A stretch of 64,000 nt of DNA from an uncultured Candidatus Bathyarchaeia archaeon (GTDB lineage Archaea; Thermoproteota; Bathyarchaeia; Bathyarchaeales; Bathycorpusculaceae). Both the position numbers and the translations under genes were made by a program. The DNA is taken from NCBI GenBank assembly GCA_964501075.1, contig CAZCRE010000001.1:10778-74777 (forward strand), read 5' to 3'. Positions 50,338 to 57,662 of this stretch are shown piece after piece. Under the pieces are notes generated by a model. It did no database searches and was not told the origin of the DNA. It saw only the letters and a program-made list of their open reading frames with translations. Every line of letters begins with the position of its first letter. Within the stretch, counting starts at the first letter, position 1.

Positions 50338-50770
50338 ATACTCAATTCCCTTTTTTCTCTGTTTACATAACGTAAGCTTAGTAGACTGCACTTAATCTCT
50401 ACAAACGCCCGCTGAAGGGTATTTTTGTCTTATTAGGGATTGATTGGCGAAACAGAGCTTTGAACGTATGAGCTGGGGCTACAGTTGGGTTTTCCCTGCA
50501 TTCGTCAGGTTTTGGAAGAGTCTAATCGAAAAGTATGGTTTCAAACAAGCCTTGTTCTTATGGAGCAAATTGCTTTGTAGTCCATTTGTCGTCACTCGCC
50601 AAGTGAGGTTGACTAGGTTCTTGCCTGAGTATGAGCATATGAATACAAAGAGTCTGCCTTGGGGTGCACTGTTTCGCACTTCTTTTGAATAATATGTGCG
50701 TGCACCTGACTGAAGCTGTTGGTAACATTCATTAGCCAAACTAAGTTATTATCCACTGAGGTGCGTTTGT

Positions 50771-52150
50771 GTGAAACCAATAGTTGTAAATGAGAGACCT
50801 AAAGATCATGATCCTGAGGACTGCCGAGTTCCAGGGTGCGAAAGATGTAAACTGGATGTACCTTTTAAGCTGCCATCGCAAATTGTCAAGGCACATAAGA
50901 ATGGCGATCTCGTTATTTTTGCAGGTGCCGGCGTGAGCACGGAAAGTGAAGGGATTTTTCCACACGATTTTTATGAAGAAATCAGAAGAGAAGTGAAAAT
51001 CCCAGGAGAAAAAAAGGTCAGTTTTCCGGATTTGATGAGCCTCTATTGCTCAGCGCCGCGAAGTCGCAAAGACCTTTTGCTTCTCATAAAGAAGCGAATC
51101 GATGAAGTCAAAGCCTATCCTGAATTATATAACTTTGCAGCGGAATTTCATCGAGAAATTGCAACCGTTCCTCACTTAAATGAGATATTTACGACCAATT
51201 GGGATGATTTTTTTGAAAGAGAGTGTGATGCGACACCGGTGGTAACGAGTCAGGATTTCGCAGTCGTTCAAGACACCCCAGGAAGGAAGGTCTTTAAGCT
51301 ACATGGTTCGATTTACAACTATGGTTCGATAGTAGCCACAAAAAAAGACTATGAAAAGTGCTACAGAAGACTTTCCACTAGCATAATTGGCGCTAATCTC
51401 AAAATTCTTCTGATGTCCAAGACTCTGGTCTTCGTTGGTTTTTCCTTTGACGATGAAGACTTTCTCAGGCTTTATCGCCTTCTGAAGAAGGAAGTTGGGG
51501 GTATGCTTCCACAGTGTTACGTTGTGACCTTGGACAAGAAGGCAAAAAGAAAGCTTGAAGAACTCGATATCGAGGCAATCCCGATTCTGACTGGAGCTAC
51601 TTACTTCGTTAAGAACCTCAAGAAGAGACTAGTTCAAGAAGGTACCATGTTGCCTGATTCACAATTTCTAGGCATTCCAGAGATGCTTAAAGTTCTTTTT
51701 TCGGAAAGCGAGAAGATTCAAAAGTTGAGTTTGAAAGAACACCCAGATCTACTTTATACGGTAGCATATGAGAACGGATTCATGCATGCTCTTAATCGAA
51801 TAGCTATGACTAGAAACTCGGGCGAATACGGTTGTGGTCCACATATATTTGCTATGATTAAGTCGTTTGACCCCTCAATTAAGACAGCCTTGCGGAAAAA
51901 GCATTACGTTCAAGCTGCTTTACTCACTGGATTTCAGGCGGGTCTTGTGTTTTACCTCTCAAGTCCTGAAGATCGAAAGAAAGTACCACTATACTATATG
52001 CATGGCTGCAAGGAAGAGATTATGAATGTCGAGCAATGCATAAAGCTTGAAAAAAAAGCAGCGTCCTCAAATAAACTGGCGCATGACCAAGCCAAAAAAG
52101 AGGTCAGAGGGATTCCTAAAGGCATTTTTATTCATTATCCACCGTTTTAA
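50771..52150 (+). CDS. SIR2-like (SIR2_2) domain protein with unrecognised ~170-aa C-terminal domain; candidate NADase defence effector
   Basis: DLVIFAGAGVS (GAGxS NAD loop), IFTTNWDDFFE (TTNxD, catalytic Asn) and VFKLHGSI (catalytic His). GTG start with GAGGTG 8 nt upstream. Confidence 0.75.
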   Translation: MKPIVVNERPKDHDPEDCRVPGCERCKLDVPFKLPSQIVKAHKNGDLVIFAGAGVSTESEGIFPHDFYEEIRREVKIPGEKKVSFPDLMSLYCSAPRSRKDLLLLIKKRIDEVKAYPELYNFAAEFHREIATVPHLNEIFTTNWDDFFERECDATPVVTSQDFAVVQDTPGRKVFKLHGSIYNYGSIVATKKDYEKCYRRLSTSIIGANLKILLMSKTLVFVGFSFDDEDFLRLYRLLKKEVGGMLPQCYVVTLDKKAKRKLEELDIEAIPILTGATYFVKNLKKRLVQEGTMLPDSQFLGIPEMLKVLFSESEKIQKLSLKEHPDLLYTVAYENGFMHALNRIAMTRNSGEYGCGPHIFAMIKSFDPSIKTALRKKHYVQAALLTGFQAGLVFYLSSPEDRKKVPLYYMHGCKEEIMNVEQCIKLEKKAASSNKLAHDQAKKEVRGIPKGIFIHYPPF

Positions 52151-52586
52151 TTTAATAGAGATAGAACTCTTAACGGAGAACGTGCGGTTCTCGTTCCGGA
52201 AAACGGTCTCGCTCGCATCGTTGGGAGTTTTGCGAGAGCAAAGTGTCTCTACAGCGCGGGCTAGCATATCACTCTGCAAACCTGAAAAACGCTGCTGCGG
52301 AAAAATCTTTCAGGCAGAATCATTCGATGGATTTGGCTTAAGCTGTTGAAAACCAAAACAGGGATTTTCCCCTATACTGTACTGTATATGGGGTTTTCAC
52401 TGTTTTGAAATGCTCTTAGAGAGTTGCTGACTGCGCTTTCAAAAATCTTCGAGGATAAGACTTTACCCCAAAACCCAAACACAAACACACAAAAAGCAAC
52501 TTGTGTGGTTCAATTGAGTTTCAATCTTTACAGGGTATTCATAATCCTTATCGCGCTAGCAGAGATCAAATAGTAGTCTGGTTGGT

Positions 52587-53069
52587 ATGTATCGCCGTCG
52601 AAGAAGTGCGCCTCTCAAATTCGAAAAAGCCTATGAAATGCGACACAATCCGACACCAGCAGAGGCGCGCATGTGGGAAATCATAAAGGGTCAAATGATA
52701 CCTAATTTTCCAAATCATATCTTCTACCGACAGTCCGTGCAATTTGGCTACATATTGGACTTTTACTGTCCAACATTGCGACTAGGCATAGAAGTAGACG
52801 GTGCCATACATAACGAAAGAAAATGGTATGATTGGCAAAAAGACACCAATCTAGCACGTAGGCAAATACAAATGTACCGATTTAGCAATGTGGATGTCTT
52901 CAACAACCCGCAGGGTGTCGCCACTCGACTCTTTCAAATCATACAAGACAAAACGATGCCTTGGTATGCAACGAGTCATGCATCAGCGCTTCCCAATCAG
53001 AAAGACTGCAAAATGATACAAGAGAAATCGACGCCTTGGTATAAGAAAATCTTCAGATTCCTAGTGTAA
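52587..53069 (+). CDS. DUF559 (Vsr/restriction-endonuclease-fold) domain protein
   Basis: NPTPAEARMWEII...FYRQSVQFGYILDFYCPTLRLGIEVDGAIHN...D..L.......RFSN matches the DUF559 layout (D...E-x-D/K core). Confidence 0.7.
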   Translation: MYRRRRSAPLKFEKAYEMRHNPTPAEARMWEIIKGQMIPNFPNHIFYRQSVQFGYILDFYCPTLRLGIEVDGAIHNERKWYDWQKDTNLARRQIQMYRFSNVDVFNNPQGVATRLFQIIQDKTMPWYATSHASALPNQKDCKMIQEKSTPWYKKIFRFLV

Positions 53070-53247
53070 TGCGCGCAATTCTTGGAATCCACGTTTGCTT
53101 TTCGTCTCTCAGATACTTAGCGCGCGCTATCAATATCTCTGAAAGCTGAGGCGCGGTCAAACTAACGCAAGGATCAAGTTTGGTTTACAAGAGAGGCTAA
53201 AACACGGTCAGCGCGCGCAGAACGCTGTTCACAATCGAAGATGGGAG

Positions 53248-55281
53248 TTATGGAGGGAGAGGGTTAGTCACGGAGTTCGCTGAGTCACTTTTAGCACGCC
53301 TTTTCCTTAGCGCGCGCCACCTGAAGATCACAGCTAGGGAAATGACTACGGCCGACACGACTACGCCCAATAAGTAGTAAATAGAGAAGCTAGGTGCAAA
53401 GACGCTAGGCATAACCGTAAATGTTAGGGTTTCGCTTTCGCACATGTTCCGCGCATAATCATTCGGTATGATCGCCGCCACTTTCCATACGCCATCCTCA
53501 AAAAGCGTAGGCGTGTCACTGAACCCCCCCATTCCATCTGTCGTCACGATTCTCGTAAACGTCTCACCGTCTGGTTTCTGATAATTCAGCGTCACCTCCA
53601 AGCCCGGAAATGCCGTCAGATTCCCTTCTACCCTTATGTGAGCAACTCCGTTGACCGTAACGTTTGAACCTGATGCCGTCTCGTTTTTTGGCAGCGAGAT
53701 TGTGACCTGCGTGTCGTACTTGTTGATGGGCGGAAGCACCTCTATCTTTCTGCGAAAGCCAGGGATGCCCTCTCCAGAAACTTCCACGTAGTATACACCT
53801 GTCTTGGCAGACGGATAGACTTCTATCCGATTGTTGACATAGCTTGAACCGCCGATCACAAAGACGGCTCCGCAACCATAATGCATAAACTTTGGGCATA
53901 CCACGACATGATAATCATACATCATCGACACGCTGCCATACACTTTGATCTTCGCTTCCTCGCCGATCCTTATCGGATAGCCACCAACAATGAGTGTTTC
54001 CATGCTCTCAGCTTCCCAATGATCCACATCACCAAGCCACGCCGCCTTCATCGTCCAATTTCCGGCTGCATCCGGCGCGAAATTGTCAACGTAGGTACCG
54101 TTGGCAGATGTCTCAACAGACTTGCTAGTGACAGTGCCGTCGGGCTTGGTATAGGTTAGTGTGATGTCTGCCCCAGCGACAGGCGGATCTAGGGAGATCG
54201 AAACCGACAGCGTCTCCCCTGGAATGATCTGCCAGTCCCCTTTGTCGAGAGTTAGACGAAGGGCTACTGACTTCAGTATCTCAAGGAAGCGTATGCAGCC
54301 GTCGCTTCCCCCAGTACATGCAAATTTACCATCCGCAGAAATGGCCACGTCCTTAAACCGAACATCTCCATCACCGGAGGAATATGCGGAGTACTGCGTG
54401 CCATCCCCATTAAGAAATACTAGTCCGTAGAACTGCGTCAACGCTATGCGGTTTTGGCTCACTGAAATCGAGTCAGGTCTAGGAATGTTCTCCTTGCTCC
54501 AGCTCACTCTTCCGTTCCCATCAAGACAAAGAAGAGAAGTCGGACCGTAAAGTGCCGCCACCAGATAATCGCCATTGGGCGAGACACCAATCATTTTTTC
54601 TTCGCCCATAATGAAGAAGCTCATGTTTAGTTTGTAGCTCCACAACACCATCCCCCTATCGTCAAGGAAGTAAATCTCATCATTGGTGCAAGCTGCTATG
54701 CGTTCACCACTAGAAGATACAGAGACTTGGTACACGCTTGCGTTTAGCTCTTGCTTCCAAATTCTGTCACCAGTGATATTGAAAAGCGCGACGCTTTGGC
54801 CGTCACCTGCGATTATGTACCTGCCGTCTGATGAAATCTCTATATCACCGTACGCAGGGCTATCAAGCAAACGCTTTTTCCACAGTATTTGCCCTTCCCT
54901 ATTAAAGAGGGAAACATTACAATCGTCTTTTTCAAGTATGGCGACCGAGCTGGCATCACCGGAAATCGAAATCGATATATCACCCTGAAGAGCTGAGTAA
55001 GACTTATTCCACAAAAGATTCCCCCCCTCTCCTAAGAGAAGGATATCTGCATCGAAAAGACCACGATATACCAAAGCCGCTACATAGCTGCCATCCGCCG
55101 AAAAACAAACACGCTCAACCTCTGCACCCGTAGGGTACTTCCAGAAAACCGAAACAGATGCCTCAACTGCGACGGTCGCCAACAAACACAACAAGACTGC
55201 AACCGCGAATAGTCGAATATGGGCCTTCCTCCATCCGCGTGTGCCCAAGAAGACTATCCATAAGGTTTCTATCGAAGCCAC
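53248..55281 (-). CDS. cell-surface protein: N-terminal signal/TM, PQQ/WD-like beta-propeller, Ig-like repeats, C-terminal TM anchor
   Basis: Repeats of the S(A/S)DG.Y(I/V)..., ...LW.(K/Y) type, many N-x-S/T sequons, and a terminal VVSAVVISLAVIF plus basic tail RWRALRKRRAK. Confidence 0.7.
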   Translation of the reverse strand: MASIETLWIVFLGTRGWRKAHIRLFAVAVLLCLLATVAVEASVSVFWKYPTGAEVERVCFSADGSYVAALVYRGLFDADILLLGEGGNLLWNKSYSALQGDISISISGDASSVAILEKDDCNVSLFNREGQILWKKRLLDSPAYGDIEISSDGRYIIAGDGQSVALFNITGDRIWKQELNASVYQVSVSSSGERIAACTNDEIYFLDDRGMVLWSYKLNMSFFIMGEEKMIGVSPNGDYLVAALYGPTSLLCLDGNGRVSWSKENIPRPDSISVSQNRIALTQFYGLVFLNGDGTQYSAYSSGDGDVRFKDVAISADGKFACTGGSDGCIRFLEILKSVALRLTLDKGDWQIIPGETLSVSISLDPPVAGADITLTYTKPDGTVTSKSVETSANGTYVDNFAPDAAGNWTMKAAWLGDVDHWEAESMETLIVGGYPIRIGEEAKIKVYGSVSMMYDYHVVVCPKFMHYGCGAVFVIGGSSYVNNRIEVYPSAKTGVYYVEVSGEGIPGFRRKIEVLPPINKYDTQVTISLPKNETASGSNVTVNGVAHIRVEGNLTAFPGLEVTLNYQKPDGETFTRIVTTDGMGGFSDTPTLFEDGVWKVAAIIPNDYARNMCESETLTFTVMPSVFAPSFSIYYLLGVVVSAVVISLAVIFRWRALRKRRAKSDSANSVTNPLPP

Positions 55282-55422
55282 CCCTTAAGAAAGCGAGGCA
55301 TTCCTTTCCCTAATCTATATTGGTTGCACCAATAGATATCATTTTTGGAAGACTCTTTTAAAACAATTAGCATGGAGCATAAGCTCATAGAGAGAAACTT
55401 TTTTAAGCCCAGAATGTGCATA

Positions 55423-55428
55423 TTTATA
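55423..55428 (+). promoter_or_regulatory. TATA-box candidate for the split integrase gene
   Basis: tttata lies about 20 nt upstream of the Int(N) ATG at 55446, consistent with a short-leader or leaderless archaeal transcript. Confidence 0.35.
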
Positions 55429-55445
55429 CCAAAAGAGGAATAGAA

Positions 55446-55547
55446 ATGGCTGAAAATGAAAAAGAGGCTAGAAATTTTGGCGATGCACTAAGTGCAGCTA
55501 CACATTCAGAGAACACTCATAGAATTCATGTTCAAAAATACGCATAG
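55446..55547 (+). CDS. int: Int(N): N-terminal fragment of the split integrase
   Basis: ATG at 55446 gives MAENEKEARNFGDALSAATHSENTHR, then runs out of attR into flanking DNA and stops at 55547. The residues SAATHSENTHR are shared with the frame entering Int(C) at attL. Confidence 0.7.
   Translation: MAENEKEARNFGDALSAATHSENTHRIHVQKYA
55480..55523 (+). repeat. attR (right direct repeat)
   Basis: gcgatgcacTaagtgcagctacacattcagagaaCactcataga. In the tfs frame it still reads CTKCSYTFREHS-stop. Confidence 0.8.
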
Positions 55548-55629
55548 ATGATTCTATTACTTTTTTGATAATTGGTTGGGACTCAAATATGGCTGCTGGC
55601 CTCCAACCAGCAAGCTATAAAAGTGTTAG

Positions 55630-56199
55630 TTAGGCCATTCTTTCTTGTCCGATGTGCTCTCTGTGAGACTGTTTCTTCTTTGGGATCGTTATCTTGAGTA
55701 CTCCGTTTTTGCATTCAGACGTCATAGAATTCGTGTCTAGGTTGCTCTTTGGCAGTTCTATGATCTTGTAGAAGTTCTTGGCTTTCACCTCAAGACCGTC
55801 TTCTCTGAAGTGCAATTGTATGTCTTCCTTTTCCTCTCCAGGCAATTCAACATAGATTTTTGTGGCGTCTTCTTCGTTGAAGATATCTGTTAATGGTTCC
55901 CGTATGTCTTTTGCTTCATTCTTTGAGAGTTCAAAAGGATTCTCGGGCAATGGTCTTCGTCTTGGTGGTTTCAACGGTTCAATCGGTTCTAGCGATTCGT
56001 TGAAGCCAAAGCGGCCTTGTATGATGAAGCCTTTTGCTTGTGGCTCATTGATTTCTCTGGTTTCCCAGGCGCCTTTGATTTTCCCGCTTGTTATTTCTCT
56101 GAACATCTCGTCTATTTCTTTCTGAAATCGTTTCATGAGTCTTCTGTTCAATGTGTCCAAGTCTTCAAACATATCGTCAAAATCATCACTAAATGCCAA
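55630..56199 (-). CDS. Hsp20/alpha-crystallin family small heat-shock protein
   Basis: KIYVELPGEEKEDIQL...GLEVKA...NGVLKITIPKK alpha-crystallin pattern. Confidence 0.75.
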   Translation of the reverse strand: MAFSDDFDDMFEDLDTLNRRLMKRFQKEIDEMFREITSGKIKGAWETREINEPQAKGFIIQGRFGFNESLEPIEPLKPPRRRPLPENPFELSKNEAKDIREPLTDIFNEEDATKIYVELPGEEKEDIQLHFREDGLEVKAKNFYKIIELPKSNLDTNSMTSECKNGVLKITIPKKKQSHREHIGQERMA

Positions 56200-56205
56200 C
56201 GTGCT

Positions 56206-56625
56206 TCACCTCCTGTCGTCCTCGATCTCTTGAACAGACTCCATCAAACGGTGCAATGCTAGGCTCATCATCATGAATGCCGTCCGCCCAAAATCTGAAC
56301 AGCTATACTTTCCTCGGCTCGTCTTTTCCAGAAGTCCGCCTTCTTCGAGTTTCCGTGAGTTCTCCCAGACAATCTTCGGGTTCAAATCCAGTTCTTTCAT
56401 GAAGCCTGTAAAACTGATTGTCTGGCTTTCCTCTTCGATCAATTGCTTCATCATTCTCAAGCGTGTTTCATGTGACAGAGCGTCAAAGATCTTTGAGAAC
56501 TTATCGAAGTCTTCTTCAGCTGCCTTGAACTCGTTTTCCAGATCCTCTTTCGGCCAATCTACTGGAGAAAGGGGCACCTCAAACACTGTTTTTCCATCTT
56601 GCATGAGCTTCAGTCTTAACTTCAT
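56206..56625 (-). CDS. ArsR-like winged-helix regulator, co-transcribed with hsp20
   Basis: FDALSHETRLRMMKQL...FMKELDLNPKIVWENSRKLEEGGLLEK is an ArsR-type wHTH. There is a 6-nt gap to the hsp20 start. Confidence 0.65.
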   Translation of the reverse strand: MKLRLKLMQDGKTVFEVPLSPVDWPKEDLENEFKAAEEDFDKFSKIFDALSHETRLRMMKQLIEEESQTISFTGFMKELDLNPKIVWENSRKLEEGGLLEKTSRGKYSCSDFGRTAFMMMSLALHRLMESVQEIEDDRR

Positions 56626-56643
56626 GAGGGCTTGCCTCGCTTA

Positions 56644-56671
56644 TTACCGTATGGTAATTACCATGTGGTAA
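56644..56671. promoter_or_regulatory. candidate operator: TTACC-N4-GGTAA repeated twice, sharing a central GGTAATTACC palindrome
   Basis: ttaccgtatggtaattaccatgtggtaa lies 19-46 nt upstream of the wHTH gene start. Confidence 0.45.
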
Positions 56672-56893
56672 TATGCAAGCCTTAAGCATTGAAAGGGCTC
56701 GCTTGAGACACAGGGAACATAAGCAAACCAAGCATCGCGCAATATCGGAAGATCATGTCCGAATCAAGAAAGGTCCATGAAGTGCTGAACACTGCGGCAA
56801 ATCAAACAAGGTGGGCCCTTCATTGGATTCGAACCTAGCTGAATGAAATCTTTTATTTACAAGTCAAGCATTATCATAAAGAAGGTAACGGCG

Positions 56894-57649
56894 ATGTTTA
56901 AACTCAAAGTAGCAGACGTTAAACTCCTGAGAGACATGATCACATCGATCTCAATCCTCGTCGACGAAGCCACGTTCAAAATCGATCCCGAAAGCTTGAA
57001 ACTAAGGGCCATGGACCCGTCCCGCGTGGCCATGGTAGACTTCGAGTGGCCAAAAACAATCTTCGAAGAATACCAATGTGACACACCCACAAAGATGTGC
57101 ATTAACGTAACTGAGCTTCTGAAGCTTCTAAAAAGAGCAGGCAAAGACGAAACGGTGGAACTATCGCTTGATGAGCAAACTGGAAAGCTTCAGGTAAAAA
57201 TAGCTGGAAAACACGCGCGAAATTTCACCATGCCTACACTTGAAGCCTCAGAAGAGGAAGTCCCAACACCCAAGATCACATTTAATGTGAAAGCAAAAGC
57301 CACTACCGAAGGACTAAGCCAAGCCATTGAAGATGCCCTGCTCGTGAGCGATCATGTGAGACTCGAAGCCGATCCAGAAAAACTCGTCTTCAACGCGGCT
57401 GGAGACCTCATGGGCGCAAACATAACCATCCAAAAAGGAAGCGACACACTTCTGGATTTGGAAGTCAAAGAACCGTCAAAAGCAACATTCAGCTTAAGTT
57501 ACCTGGCTGAAATAGTCAAAGCCGCATCCGCAACATCTGACATCGCAACAATCGAGTTCTCATCAGACATGCCGATAAAACTTGACTTCCAACAAACAAA
57601 AGAAGGAAGGCTCTCATTCTTCTTGGCTCCAAGAATCGAAAACGAATAA
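56894..57649 (+). CDS. pcna: DNA polymerase sliding clamp PCNA
   Basis: MFKLKVADVKLLRDMITSISILVDEATFKIDPESLKLRAMDPSRVAMVDF... with two-domain symmetry; 251 aa from the ATG at 56894. Confidence 0.9.
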   Translation: MFKLKVADVKLLRDMITSISILVDEATFKIDPESLKLRAMDPSRVAMVDFEWPKTIFEEYQCDTPTKMCINVTELLKLLKRAGKDETVELSLDEQTGKLQVKIAGKHARNFTMPTLEASEEEVPTPKITFNVKAKATTEGLSQAIEDALLVSDHVRLEADPEKLVFNAAGDLMGANITIQKGSDTLLDLEVKEPSKATFSLSYLAEIVKAASATSDIATIEFSSDMPIKLDFQQTKEGRLSFFLAPRIENE

Positions 57650-57662
57650 TGTGTAGAGCAAG

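Larger units (their letters stand above)
49403..55523. mobile_element. integrated element (~6.1 kb) with split SSV-type integrase, inserted in the tfs 3' end
   Basis: 44-bp direct repeats at 49403-49446 and 55480-55523 (42/44 identical). A tyrosine recombinase lies next to attL and its N-terminal exon next to attR. Cargo is unrelated to the housekeeping flanks. Confidence 0.8.

Noticed and set aside
50444-50692. 82-aa W/F-rich ORF (and antisense ORFs 50479-50739 and 50741-50965) between int and the SIR2-like gene
   Set aside because: TTG start, odd composition, mutually overlapping on both strands, no motif. It could be a small element-encoded regulator or excisionase, but I cannot support it.
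56811-56836. tRNA-like 3' fragment (ggtgggcccttcattGGATTCGAACC) upstream of pcna
   Set aside because: Only the T-loop consensus is present and the flanking bases do not form a T stem or acceptor stem. It is possibly a decayed att remnant, but that is not demonstrable.
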